64,000 nucleotides of DNA, taken from contig JABRVX010000044.1 in the NCBI GenBank assembly GCA_039961735.1, positions 3,212-67,211 of the forward strand. Reading direction: 5' to 3'. Position numbers and translations under genes: made by a program. Numbering within the stretch: position 1 is the stretch's first letter; every line of letters starts with the position of its first letter. This DNA comes from Fimbriimonadia bacterium. GTDB taxonomy: Bacteria; Armatimonadota; Fimbriimonadia; Fimbriimonadales; JABRVX01. A model generated the notes under the pieces. It did no database searches, had not been told where the DNA came from, and saw only the letters and a program-made list of their open reading frames with translations. Shown here piece after piece: positions 48,784 through 58,668 of this stretch.

Positions 48784-49572
48784 CTAGCTGCTCGCCGAGG
48801 TGTAGTAGCGCAGGGCGAAGCGCCAGAACCAGCGGCAAGCGATCACCGCAGCGAGGCTCCAACCCACACCCAACCAAATCACCCACGTCTCCGCCTGCCC
48901 CCAAAGTGCACGCGTGGGCACCGTGGCAATGAACGCGAGGGGAATCGCATAGAGGAACAGCTTCTGCAGGAGCGCCGGGAAGATGTCCAACGGAAACCGC
49001 GCCACCTGAAACACCGACTCACCAACCACCCAGAGGTTCTCGACCCGAACGAGCCATATCCCCAACGTCATCAGCACGAACTGCAACGCATAGAATAGTA
49101 GCAGTGCCGCAACCGTCAGGACGACGTATACCAACACTTGGTGCGGGCTCGGAGACAGGTTCTCCAGCCGGAGCCCATACGCCAGCAACCCGAATGATGC
49201 CGCCACCGTGCCCACTTGGTCGAAGTTGAACAGCCTGACACTCACCCAGAACTGACTGTCCACCGGCTTCACTAACACGTAGTCGAGCGTGCCCAATCGC
49301 ACCATGGTCGGCAACTCCACCACGGACATACCGAATACCGCTCCCGCCACCGATCCCATCATGTAGCAGGTAGCGAACAACAGGAACGATTGCCCCTCGC
49401 TCCACCCTGCAATGCTGTCGGTCTGGCCGTAGAACACCTTCAGAATCGCGATAAAGAAGCCCATCCACACCAGGTTCTGCGCCACCTTCGCCCAGAAGTT
49501 GGCGCGAAACTCGATCTCTCGCTGCAAGCTGGCGAGCACCATAGCACGGTACAGCCGCAGGTAGCGTCTCAC
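48784..49572 (-). CDS. ABC-2 family transporter permease (DUF990-type)
   Basis: GTLDYVLVKPV, ARFPLDIF, IPLAFI..VP motifs; GTG overlaps the upstream stop. Confidence 0.82.
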   Translation of the reverse strand: MRRYLRLYRAMVLASLQREIEFRANFWAKVAQNLVWMGFFIAILKVFYGQTDSIAGWSEGQSFLLFATCYMMGSVAGAVFGMSVVELPTMVRLGTLDYVLVKPVDSQFWVSVRLFNFDQVGTVAASFGLLAYGLRLENLSPSPHQVLVYVVLTVAALLLFYALQFVLMTLGIWLVRVENLWVVGESVFQVARFPLDIFPALLQKLFLYAIPLAFIATVPTRALWGQAETWVIWLGVGWSLAAVIACRWFWRFALRYYTSASS

Positions 49573-50372
49573 ATCCCCACCCCGGTGTAGGTCTTCAGCC
49601 CGGTGCGCCACAGCACCCAACCCACTCCCGACATCAGCGCGATCCAGCAGAGCTGCGCCCCGATCCCCACTAGCACCGCCTCATCGCTCACTCTCCCCAA
49701 CATCATCTCTACGGGGAAGGCCACCGTGTATCGAAACGGCGTGAACATCGCGCCGGTAGCAGCCCAATCGGGAAGCATGGCAAGGGGAAACAGCCTGCCC
49801 GAAAGGAACATCTCTGGCAGGTAGTAGAGGCGAATGATGGAGTATGCCTCTTGTGTGCGGAGCGCGATCAGACCTAAGGAGAAAGCGTTAACGAAGCTGA
49901 GCGTATGTCCGAGAATCATCACCACGATCAGCAGCGGCGATACATGCACCTTTGCCCCGATTAGCAGCGAGTGGTAGCCTACCAGCATCGCCACGAATAG
50001 CGGTAGGAACATGATCAGCTTACCCACTCGCCATGCGATGTTACGGACGAACTGCGACCAGAAGTAGTTCATGGGTCGCACCAGATACGCCGAGAAGATA
50101 CCCTCGCGTATCTCGTATGCGATGTCCCACATCATGTGGCTGACGACGAACTGTGACAGCACGAGGGCCGCAACATAGTAGAGAACGATCTGTTGTACGC
50201 TCAATCCCCCGACGTACCCCTCACCACTCGCGGCCGCAATCCACACCAGGGGCAGCACTAGCGCCGTCATGCTGTCGGCGATGATCCACAGGAACGCAGC
50301 GCCGCGATAGATGAACATCTCCGTGAGGATGATGCGGAAGTAGGCGTAGCTCTTACGGGCGAGCGCGATCAT
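49569..50372 (-). CDS. ABC-2 family transporter permease (DUF990-type)
   Basis: IREG..S.YLVRP, LSGRLFPL..LP, PF.Y....P motifs. Confidence 0.82.
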   Translation of the reverse strand: MIALARKSYAYFRIILTEMFIYRGAAFLWIIADSMTALVLPLVWIAAASGEGYVGGLSVQQIVLYYVAALVLSQFVVSHMMWDIAYEIREGIFSAYLVRPMNYFWSQFVRNIAWRVGKLIMFLPLFVAMLVGYHSLLIGAKVHVSPLLIVVMILGHTLSFVNAFSLGLIALRTQEAYSIIRLYYLPEMFLSGRLFPLAMLPDWAATGAMFTPFRYTVAFPVEMMLGRVSDEAVLVGIGAQLCWIALMSGVGWVLWRTGLKTYTGVGM

Positions 50373-52087
50373 CCCGTGGAGAGATGCTCCTTCTCCCTAG
50401 CCAACAGATCGGCTGCCACCTTCGCAGCGTCGGCCAGCGGCACCGGTCTCCTAGCCCGCTCTCGACGCAGCCCGACCTCCACGTTGCCCTCCGACAGACT
50501 CTTGCCGACGACCACCTGCACAGGCCAGCCGATCAGATCGGCATCCTTGAACTTTACACCTGCACGCTCGTCCCTATCGTCCAACAGCACCTCTACACCA
50601 AGGGCTCTTAGCTCGGTGTAGAGACGCTCGGCAGCCTCTAACACGGCAGCGTCCGGCGACGCGGGAATCACTACTACTTCTAGAGGTGCGATGCTCGCAG
50701 GCCACGCTAGCCCGTCTGCGTCGTTGTGCACCTCGGCCACGGCGGACATGCATCGGGAGATGCCGAGGCCATAGCATCCCATTACGGCAGGACGTTCCAC
50801 ACCCTCCGCATCCACGATGTTAGCATCTAGGGACGCGGAATACTTGATCCCTAACTGGAATATGTGTCCCACTTCGATACCACGCACCTCGGTGTACACG
50901 CCACCTGCCAGGGTCGGGTCCCCTGCGACGGCCACACGCAGGTCCGCCCATTCGTTGACCGGGAAGTCTCTACCATGACACACGTGCACAGTGTGCGTCT
51001 CGTCCTTGTTCGCGCCGACCACGAAGTCACGCAGGGTCTTCAACTCGTAGTCCGCGATCAGGCGCACCCCGTCCAGGCCGATGGGCCCAGCGAAGCCGAC
51101 CGGAGCACGGCTGTGCTTCTCCACCTCGGCGGGTTCCATCATGCGTATCTCTTGCGCACCGAGCGCCCGACGGAACTTGCCTTCGTTCAAGTCCCGATCC
51201 CCTCGAATCAACGCTCCTACCGGTTTGCCGTCTGCCATGTACAGCAGCGTCTTCACGATTCTAGTGGGTGCAACGCCGAGGAACGCTGCCACTTGCTCCA
51301 CTGTATGCGCACCTGGGGTAGCGACGTCCTCGTGAGCAGGCGAGTCGCCTGGCTCGACAGGGGAGGCAGTGCCGTCAGGTAGCTCTGCACGCTCGGCGTT
51401 CGCCGTGTATCCGCTCACTGTGCACTGCAACACGGTGTCCTCGCCAGCAGGAGTAACTACCATATACTCCTTGTTCTCGCTACCGCCGATGGCTCCAGGA
51501 TCGGCATCGCAGATCAGCGTGTCGAGGCCCATCCTTCGGAACGAGCGTGTGTAAGCCTCGCCGATTCGACGATAGGTCTGGTCCAGACACTGCTCCGTTA
51601 GGTGAAAGCTGTAAGCGTCCTTCATGATGAACTCGCGAGCACGGATGAGACCCGCTCGCGGTCTCGGTTCGTCCCGGAACTTCGTCTGAATCTGGTAGAG
51701 GGTGAGAGGCAGGTCCTTGTACGAGTGGACGGTATGGCGGAAGATGTCGGTGATGATCTCCTCGTGGGTGAATCCGAGGGAGAAAGGACGGCCCTGGCGA
51801 TCGTGCACCTTGAAGAGCACGTCCACGGTATGGCGCCCGGTCTGTTCGAGCAGCTCCCAGGGCACCAGGGCTGGCATCAGCAGCTCCAACGCACCCGTCC
51901 GGTCCATCTCCTCGCGCACGATCTGTTCGAGCTTCCTCAACACGCGCCAGCCGAGCGGCATGTAGGTGTAAACGCCCGCTGCCTGCCGTCGGATAAACCC
52001 CCCGCGAACCAACAGCCGATGGCTGATTAGCTCTGCATCCGTGGGAGCCTCTCGCAATGTAGGTAGATAACTCTGTGACGCCCGCAA
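50369..52087 (-). CDS. proS: Proline--tRNA ligase (bacterial type with editing domain)
   Basis: SHRLLVRGG, YQIQTKFRDE.RPR.GL.R.REF.MKDAYSF, KTL editing domain, EVGHIFQLG, MGCYG.G.SR. Confidence 0.97.
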   Translation of the reverse strand: MRASQSYLPTLREAPTDAELISHRLLVRGGFIRRQAAGVYTYMPLGWRVLRKLEQIVREEMDRTGALELLMPALVPWELLEQTGRHTVDVLFKVHDRQGRPFSLGFTHEEIITDIFRHTVHSYKDLPLTLYQIQTKFRDEPRPRAGLIRAREFIMKDAYSFHLTEQCLDQTYRRIGEAYTRSFRRMGLDTLICDADPGAIGGSENKEYMVVTPAGEDTVLQCTVSGYTANAERAELPDGTASPVEPGDSPAHEDVATPGAHTVEQVAAFLGVAPTRIVKTLLYMADGKPVGALIRGDRDLNEGKFRRALGAQEIRMMEPAEVEKHSRAPVGFAGPIGLDGVRLIADYELKTLRDFVVGANKDETHTVHVCHGRDFPVNEWADLRVAVAGDPTLAGGVYTEVRGIEVGHIFQLGIKYSASLDANIVDAEGVERPAVMGCYGLGISRCMSAVAEVHNDADGLAWPASIAPLEVVVIPASPDAAVLEAAERLYTELRALGVEVLLDDRDERAGVKFKDADLIGWPVQVVVGKSLSEGNVEVGLRRERARRPVPLADAAKVAADLLAREKEHLSTG

Positions 52088-52268
52088 CGTTACACTCCTT
52101 GGCGCTAACCTGCTGGGAATGAACGATGATACCGCAGCGGCAGGATAGGTCGTCGTTTTGCTATTCGAGACTAGACACAGTAGGCCTGCGGTGCGATGGG
52201 ACGCTGAGACATGGCAAATGATCTAGCGAGGGACGAGGGATGCGCTTGTGTGGTGATGAGAACGAGGG

Positions 52269-52937
52269 ATGAAGAGCATAGACAAACTGGGGCGGCCGAC
52301 GGACGAGGCTATGTGGCCGCTGGCTGAAACGCGTGCCGCCCGCGGCAGGCTCGAGCGCAGAGTGACCGAGGAAGGTACCTTGCCACCGCCCCCTACGGCA
52401 TGCGAGCGCTATGCCGGCGGTGCGCTCCCACTGGTGGTTAGTCGGCAAGAGGCGCTCGCGGTCCTCGATGAATACCAAAAACATGCGTGGCAGACCGGGG
52501 TCCTGTTCTCGGTGCTGTTCGTTGACGTAGACGCTCTCAATAACTACAACCATCGGTTCGGGCAAGAAGCCGGAGACGAGCTATTGACCCGTCTCGGGGA
52601 CCTGCTTCGTGCATCGGTGCGGCGGAGCGATCTCGTGGCACGGTGGGGCGGCGACGAGTTCCTGGTAGGACTGCGTGGAGCGAACCTGGAAACGGCGGAG
52701 GTCGTGGCAGAGCGACTTCGCCTGAACCCGGCACTAATGGACGCCCCGCTCGGCCCGTTTACCGTAAGCATTGGGGTGGCCGCCTGGCGGTCCGACCTCG
52801 CGGACACGCAGCATCTGGTTGCCGAGGCGCAAATGGGGCTCCACAACGCCAAGAAGTGCGGCGGGAACTGCGTGCGCAGAGCCTCCACTTACGAGCCAGC
52901 ATATCTCAAGCATCTGCACGCCAGCCCAAGCACGTGA
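52269..52937 (+). CDS. Stand-alone diguanylate cyclase
   Basis: DVD.L..YN..FG...GD; RxxD I-site followed by WGGDEF; TVSIGVA. Confidence 0.85.
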   Translation: MKSIDKLGRPTDEAMWPLAETRAARGRLERRVTEEGTLPPPPTACERYAGGALPLVVSRQEALAVLDEYQKHAWQTGVLFSVLFVDVDALNNYNHRFGQEAGDELLTRLGDLLRASVRRSDLVARWGGDEFLVGLRGANLETAEVVAERLRLNPALMDAPLGPFTVSIGVAAWRSDLADTQHLVAEAQMGLHNAKKCGGNCVRRASTYEPAYLKHLHASPST

Positions 52938-53037
52938 AAACCTATACCCTGGCTCGAGTGCGCCAAGTGATGGCTACCCACGGTCTGTGCCACACCTAAG
53001 GACCACGCCGAGTGCAGTGCCATCCTCGACACGCTCG

Positions 53038-53922
53038 CTAGTCGAGGCCCAGTTCGTGCAGCGTACCTGGGCGCTCGCGCCAGCCTTGCTTCACCTTGAC
53101 CCAGAGGTCCAGATACACGGGCTGCTGCAGCATCTCCTCGATCCCTTCGCGCGCCGATGCGCCGATGGACTTCAGCATCTGGCCGCCCTTGCCGACGACA
53201 ATGCCCTTGTGCGCCTCACGGTCCACGTAGACGGTCGCTCCGATGTACACGTGACCGTCCGGGCGCTCTTCCCATCTCTCTGTCAGCACGGCGGTGCTAT
53301 GCGGCACCTCTTGGCGGGTACGCAGCAACACCTGCTCACGGACCAGCTCGGCAGCCAGGAAGCGCATCGGCGCGTCGGTGATCTGATCTTCCGGGTAGAG
53401 CGGTGGTCCTTCTGGGAGCAGGGGGACCAGGAGGGCTAGCAGCCGATCGAAATTGTCACGCTTTCGGGCCGAGACCATCATCCACGGGCAGCCGGGCGCC
53501 AACGCACAGTGTGCATCGTAGTGGCTCTGCACGTTCTGTGGCGGAAGTCGGTCCATCTTGTTGAGCACCAACAGCTTCGCCGAGTCCACCCGCTCTAGCA
53601 TCTTCGCCACACGCCAGTCGAACTCACCGGGAAGTCGAGAAACGTCGGTTACGAACATCACGGCGTCGGCCGAGAGGAGCGCCTGATGTGCTGCCTGTAC
53701 CATGCGCGCCCCCAGGAGATGCTTCGGATGGGACACGCCCGGCGTATCCACGAAGGCGATCTGGTAGCCGGGTTCGGTCAGCACCCCGAGGAGGTTCCGC
53801 CGCGTGGTCTGTGGCTTTGGTGAAACGATCGCGATCTTTTGCCCGAGCAGGGCGTTCAGCAGAGTGCTCTTGCCGACGTTCGGTGCTCCGACCACTGCCA
53901 CCGTGCCGCAACGATGCTCCAT
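53038..53922 (-). CDS. era: GTPase Era
   Basis: GAPNVGKSTL, PQTTR, DTPG, NKMD, KH domain. Confidence 0.97.
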   Translation of the reverse strand: MEHRCGTVAVVGAPNVGKSTLLNALLGQKIAIVSPKPQTTRRNLLGVLTEPGYQIAFVDTPGVSHPKHLLGARMVQAAHQALLSADAVMFVTDVSRLPGEFDWRVAKMLERVDSAKLLVLNKMDRLPPQNVQSHYDAHCALAPGCPWMMVSARKRDNFDRLLALLVPLLPEGPPLYPEDQITDAPMRFLAAELVREQVLLRTRQEVPHSTAVLTERWEERPDGHVYIGATVYVDREAHKGIVVGKGGQMLKSIGASAREGIEEMLQQPVYLDLWVKVKQGWRERPGTLHELGLD

Positions 53923-53925
53923 CCC

Positions 53926-56841
53926 CTAGGTCTTCTTGCGAAAGCGATAGGCAACCGGCGGTTCTTCGTCAACCGGCTCGATGGGAGGTGCCAGTGCAGG
54001 CTCGCGCTTCGTCGGTCGGCGTCGCCGAACGGGCTTCGACACCTTGCCCCGCTCTCTGCCGTGAGGGTGAAAAGTCGGACTCGCCCCCTCGGATCGAGTC
54101 GCGACTGCAGCGGACTCTGCAGATGGCTCCTCGGTGTCGAGCAGAAAGACCGGCTCGGCAGGTTTGCTTCGTCTCGAAGGGGGCGGGCCGGGAGCGGTTT
54201 CCTGCAGAGGCGGTGCAAGGGCAGGGGCTGCAGGCATCGGCAGGCTACTCAGGTGATCCAGCGTCTCGGGCGGGCCGATCAGCAGCACTCGCGTCTCGCC
54301 GTCCCGCAGTTCTGCCGAAGGGTCTTGGAGCGGCTCGTCGGTCAGGGCATCCCGCACTTCGTAGCCATCTGGCACCGCCAGCTCGCGCCTACCTCCCTTC
54401 GCCACGTGGAGTGTTAGGAAGGGCGGTCGGACGTGCACCACATCGCCTGCCGAAGAGTAGATCGGAACTCCCGCTAGCCTACACAGCCCCCTGACCAGCC
54501 CTGGCGAGATGAACGGCTCTCCCAGGAAGACCGTGCGCCACGATGCCTCGCTTCGGCCCGGCAACCGGACCTGGCGAGTTACGAACGACGGCAGCCCCGT
54601 GTCCGTGTACACGCCTAGCTGCTCGGCCTCATCGTCCACGGCGAAGTAGGTTGGCTCGTAGACATCTTCCGTGGTAATTGTCGAGCCTTCGAGAGACGAG
54701 GTAAGCGGATGCTGGTGTTGCGTAATCGTGGTGCCGGGGCGTGAAGCAAACGGCTGGGCTTTGAGCGCGATCCCAATGACCTGCTTCATCGTCTCGGGTG
54801 CCGGTCTGTGGTATTCGAGCAGGGCCGCTGCATACCACCACACCAGCGTCTTCCCGTTTCGGTGCAGCTTCTCGCGAATCGCCGCGCGGACTTGGGCTCC
54901 GATATCCCAGGCGTTCAGAAACAGATAGAGGCTGCAGTCCGGGAAGTCCCGACGGGTGAGATCGGAGAGCAGGTAGAAGCCCGCGCAAACTCCCGCTCGC
55001 AGAACCGCCTCTCGCGCCTTGGAGACGAGGTTGACGGCGAGGCGAGAGTCCTGGAGCATCGTCATGCTACGCTCATCAATCAGGACCGCGACGTCGGGCG
55101 CAGGCGGCTCAGCATTCAGCCGCATGGTGAACAGCGAACGGGCCTTCTCGGCACGGCTCCAAATGCCCGGGCTGTTCAACCATCCGCTACCCCACGTATC
55201 CATCCACGAAACGCCGCACGTATGGGCCAGCGCCATTCCCAGACCGCGCCAGTGGGCAGTCTCGAGGTCCTTCGGACCTTCCAGAACCGGGTTGAAGTCA
55301 TCCCGCTCACCCTTGCGTCCGAGGCTCGTCTTGTAGTCCTCCTCCAGGATGAACAGCTTGCCTGCAAGCGCGATGGAATCGATCGGACCTGCGAAGGGAC
55401 ATGCGCCGCCCGGCAGCCTCGACGAGTAGGATGGCGGCCCCGCAATGAGGTCTATATCCGGGCACTTCAGCAGCCGTGCGAGCGAAAGGTGGCCCGAGTG
55501 CGGGTGCGAGAACTCGAACGTGTAACCATAAGAACACGCAACCAACACGGCCCCTTTGGCCGCCTCTTTCACCACCCTGGCAAGAGACCCGACCCGCTCG
55601 ACGTACGCATCGGAAAGGAAGTCGTGATAGTCCACATTGCGGCGTTCTCGGCGCTCGGTCAGGATCGCCGCCTGAATGTCCTGTGGTGGCAGGTAGTCGG
55701 GGATCTTGAGTGTGTCGAACGATGCCGAACCGTCGTGCCAAGACGCACGGAGCGCCACCTCATCCCCAAAGTAGCGCGTTCGAACCCACTCACGGAAGGC
55801 TGTGAGGGCCGCAGGGCTAGTGTCGTAGCCGTCATCCGGACCATTGAACCACTCGCCACGCTCGATGTGGTAGCCGATGCAGCGCTTGCCAGACTTGCGG
55901 CGAGCGACATCGGTTACCAGCTTCTTCAGGCACTTCTCCGCTTCACCCCACCATGTGTTAGAGCATATGGAAGGGTCGGCCTGGGAGCCGTCGGGGTGTC
56001 GGTATGCGGCGTCGGGGTACTTCTCGACCCAGCCTTCGCTCGGCACGAACACCACGCGAAACATCACCCAAGCATCGGGGTCCACGGCAAGCACGCTGTC
56101 GAGGAGTCGGACCGCCTCCTCCGCAGGCGGCTCGTCGGGCTTCGGGTCCACGGGAAGCTCGAGGTAGAGGCAGAACAGATGCACGCCCTTTTCGGCAGCG
56201 AGTTTGATCTCGGCCAGCACCGCCTTCTCCGACGCCTCGGAGCTGATGTTTCCGAAGAAGAAGTGCGGCGCAACGACCTGCTCTTCGATGATCAGAACAG
56301 GTTGACCGTTGACTATGCCTATTCGCGGGGCACCGGAAGGCGTGGGGATCGGACGCGGCCACCGCTCTTTGGTGCGACGAGAGCGCACGCGCTTGCCTTC
56401 CGTCTGGAACTGGGCCTGCAGTTCCTCGAGCGTGATCCTCGGGCCAAGGTCTTCGAGCGGGGTCTCGGCCTCGATGCGCTCGCGTACCGGACGTCGGTGT
56501 CGCGGCTCGCGCTTCGCCACGGCCGGACCGTCCCCGGGAGTTCGCTTCTTCCGTTTGGGCTTCTCCTCAGAGGTCCTGACATGGTGCAGCGAAGCTTCCA
56601 CGACACCCGGAATCTCGGGCGCATCGTCAGGCACGGTCACTCTGCGTCGCCTCGTGCCGGTTGCCCTCTCCGGGGCTACTGCCTCAGCCGTGGGCTGCTC
56701 GGCTGCGAGCTGGACCACCGCTTTCGTGCTGCGTCGTCGCCTCTTGGCCGGAGCAGCAGGTTGTTCGGACGCATTACCACCGTCACCTCGCTCTTGTGGC
56801 GAGGGCTCTGGCACGGGGTCCGTTTTTTTCGTTCTTCGCAT
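53926..56841 (-). CDS. GH42-like/beta-galactosidase-like protein with long basic low-complexity termini
   Basis: TIM-barrel-like core (GYH...GEWF, GP.SY..R, EED), class I glutamine amidotransferase-like segment; no signal peptide. Confidence 0.6.
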   Translation of the reverse strand: MRRTKKTDPVPEPSPQERGDGGNASEQPAAPAKRRRRSTKAVVQLAAEQPTAEAVAPERATGTRRRRVTVPDDAPEIPGVVEASLHHVRTSEEKPKRKKRTPGDGPAVAKREPRHRRPVRERIEAETPLEDLGPRITLEELQAQFQTEGKRVRSRRTKERWPRPIPTPSGAPRIGIVNGQPVLIIEEQVVAPHFFFGNISSEASEKAVLAEIKLAAEKGVHLFCLYLELPVDPKPDEPPAEEAVRLLDSVLAVDPDAWVMFRVVFVPSEGWVEKYPDAAYRHPDGSQADPSICSNTWWGEAEKCLKKLVTDVARRKSGKRCIGYHIERGEWFNGPDDGYDTSPAALTAFREWVRTRYFGDEVALRASWHDGSASFDTLKIPDYLPPQDIQAAILTERRERRNVDYHDFLSDAYVERVGSLARVVKEAAKGAVLVACSYGYTFEFSHPHSGHLSLARLLKCPDIDLIAGPPSYSSRLPGGACPFAGPIDSIALAGKLFILEEDYKTSLGRKGERDDFNPVLEGPKDLETAHWRGLGMALAHTCGVSWMDTWGSGWLNSPGIWSRAEKARSLFTMRLNAEPPAPDVAVLIDERSMTMLQDSRLAVNLVSKAREAVLRAGVCAGFYLLSDLTRRDFPDCSLYLFLNAWDIGAQVRAAIREKLHRNGKTLVWWYAAALLEYHRPAPETMKQVIGIALKAQPFASRPGTTITQHQHPLTSSLEGSTITTEDVYEPTYFAVDDEAEQLGVYTDTGLPSFVTRQVRLPGRSEASWRTVFLGEPFISPGLVRGLCRLAGVPIYSSAGDVVHVRPPFLTLHVAKGGRRELAVPDGYEVRDALTDEPLQDPSAELRDGETRVLLIGPPETLDHLSSLPMPAAPALAPPLQETAPGPPPSRRSKPAEPVFLLDTEEPSAESAAVATRSEGASPTFHPHGRERGKVSKPVRRRRPTKREPALAPPIEPVDEEPPVAYRFRKKT

Positions 56842-56855
56842 CTGGCAAATCCTAT

Positions 56856-57536
56856 CTAGAGGTCTCGGCACCAGGCGAGCAAGTCCCTGGGCTCTCGGAA
56901 CAGCATGTCTGGCATCGCCTGCACCAGTCGCTGCTCGTCTTGCGCACCCCAGAGCACCGCACCCACCGCACACCCTGCCGCGTGTCCGGACTGGATGTCG
57001 TAGTCGGTGTCTCCAATAAAGACGGCCTCGCCGGGATCCACTCCCAGCCGCTCCAGCGCCCTCATCACGGGCTCCGGATGGGGCTTCGTGTGCACGCAAT
57101 CCGTCGCTGTGACGGTCGCGTGCAGCGCTCCGTCCAATCCCATTCGCGGCAGAGCGAACGCCAGCTCCTCGGCATCCTTGCTCGTTACCAACGCCGTCGA
57201 GATGCCCTTAGCAACGCATACACGAACGGACTCGAGGGCCTCGGGCACCGGGCGCTCCAGGTGCTTGTGCTGCTCGTACAGCTCAATCTGAAATCGCTTC
57301 ATCTCTTCATAGTCAGGACGCCGATCCGTTCGGTCCTCGAAGTAGCGCACCTGAACATCGAGGGGCAGGCCGATGATGCTGCGAATGTCTTCCGGCGGGA
57401 TTTCGACACCGATGTAGCGACGGTACATCTCACTCATCGTCAGGATGATCATGGAAACGGTGTCAATGAGAGTCCCGTCTACGTCGAATAGAACGGCCTT
57501 CGGCGGCAGCACGAGTTGCCGGCCCTGTGGTGACAT
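56856..57536 (-). CDS. HAD-family phosphatase (PpaX-like)
   Basis: FDVDGTLIDT, TSK, KPHPEP, IGDT..DI. Confidence 0.88.
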   Translation of the reverse strand: MSPQGRQLVLPPKAVLFDVDGTLIDTVSMIILTMSEMYRRYIGVEIPPEDIRSIIGLPLDVQVRYFEDRTDRRPDYEEMKRFQIELYEQHKHLERPVPEALESVRVCVAKGISTALVTSKDAEELAFALPRMGLDGALHATVTATDCVHTKPHPEPVMRALERLGVDPGEAVFIGDTDYDIQSGHAAGCAVGAVLWGAQDEQRLVQAMPDMLFREPRDLLAWCRDL

Positions 57537-57597
57537 GGATAACGATTCTGGCAGAACCCGCCCATCGAATGCTACCCGCCCTCTCGCAGGCGGCCGG

Positions 57598-58602
57598 TCA
57601 GATGGAGCGAACGATGTCGAGTAAGTGGGGTTCGACGAGCGCGCGTAGCTGTTCGTTCGCATAGCCGGCCCAACCGACGGGCGTCGTGGTGTCGAGCGAG
57701 AAGTCGAGTGTCTGCCCGTCGAGCCCCGTCACAATGACCCCCGCCTCGCGGGCGATCATCTCCGTGCAGAGGTCGTAAGGATGCGGGCAGAGCCCGCCCC
57801 TACCCTCTCGCGCGAATAGCACCGACCGGATGTCGGCCACGAATAGGTCATGTCCCACAATCAGTTCGTATAGCTGCCCACCGCTGGACACGTATTGGTC
57901 GTCGAAGACGCGATCCGTGGCATTTGGGGGCAACACACGCTGGAACAGCTCCCACTCCAACTCCGCAATCCTGGTCTTGCCTTCCGGAAAGAACTTGGCA
58001 AAGCCCGCGAAGCCGTTCTGCAACCCGCTCGCTCGGCTCGGTCGCGGCTCGAACCCGGAAACATGACCCGTGCGAAGGTCGTGCATCTCTGCAGTCGTTC
58101 CGCCGCCAGCTACCGCCCAGATCTGAGCCGCGAGGCACTGGCGCGTGGTCGGAATCTCGGTCTGCACGGCAACTCGGATGTCGCGCGAGGTAGGCATGCC
58201 CTCCGACGGCATTGGGGCCACGGCGCACAAAGTCCACGCTGCCCTCTTGTCGAACATCAGGGAGCGCGTACCGTCCACGGGGTCCACGATGAGCACGAAC
58301 TCGGCCTCGCCTTCGTGTGCCGAGTGCGGAAACACCTCGCGACCTCCGGGCAATCCCTCCGCAACCAGGACAAAGGACCGCTCCCTGCCCCATTCCGCGC
58401 AGAACTCAGCCAACACCCCTTCGACGCCTTCGTCCAGACGATATATTGTATCGTCCTCCGACTCCCGGGCAACCTGTTGTAGGAGCTCCGTGTTCTGCCC
58501 AGCGAGAGCCGTAGAAGCTGATCCCCTGATTCGCAGGCCTAGCTCCCGCAGCTTCTCAACGTAGTACCCATCATCCCAGTCTCGCACGAACACCAGGTTC
58601 AT
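57598..58602 (-). CDS. Inositol monophosphatase / FBPase superfamily protein
   Basis: DPVDGT motif; HPYD; EAG..VT. Confidence 0.7.
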   Translation of the reverse strand: MNLVFVRDWDDGYYVEKLRELGLRIRGSASTALAGQNTELLQQVARESEDDTIYRLDEGVEGVLAEFCAEWGRERSFVLVAEGLPGGREVFPHSAHEGEAEFVLIVDPVDGTRSLMFDKRAAWTLCAVAPMPSEGMPTSRDIRVAVQTEIPTTRQCLAAQIWAVAGGGTTAEMHDLRTGHVSGFEPRPSRASGLQNGFAGFAKFFPEGKTRIAELEWELFQRVLPPNATDRVFDDQYVSSGGQLYELIVGHDLFVADIRSVLFAREGRGGLCPHPYDLCTEMIAREAGVIVTGLDGQTLDFSLDTTTPVGWAGYANEQLRALVEPHLLDIVRSI

Positions 58603-58668
58603 GCGGATGCCTCTGGGTCCTGCAGCCGCAAGCAGGAAACGGGACGGGCGCGGCGAATGTGTATCAGG

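Noticed and set aside
52088-52268. T-box leader for proS
   Set aside because: No T-box consensus or terminator/antiterminator pair seen in the short intergenic region.
54808-56859. Long plus-strand ORFs such as 54808..56859, 5419..7026, 400..1737 and 47659..48636
   Set aside because: They are antisense or alternate-frame shadows of well-supported genes in GC-rich DNA and show no motifs.
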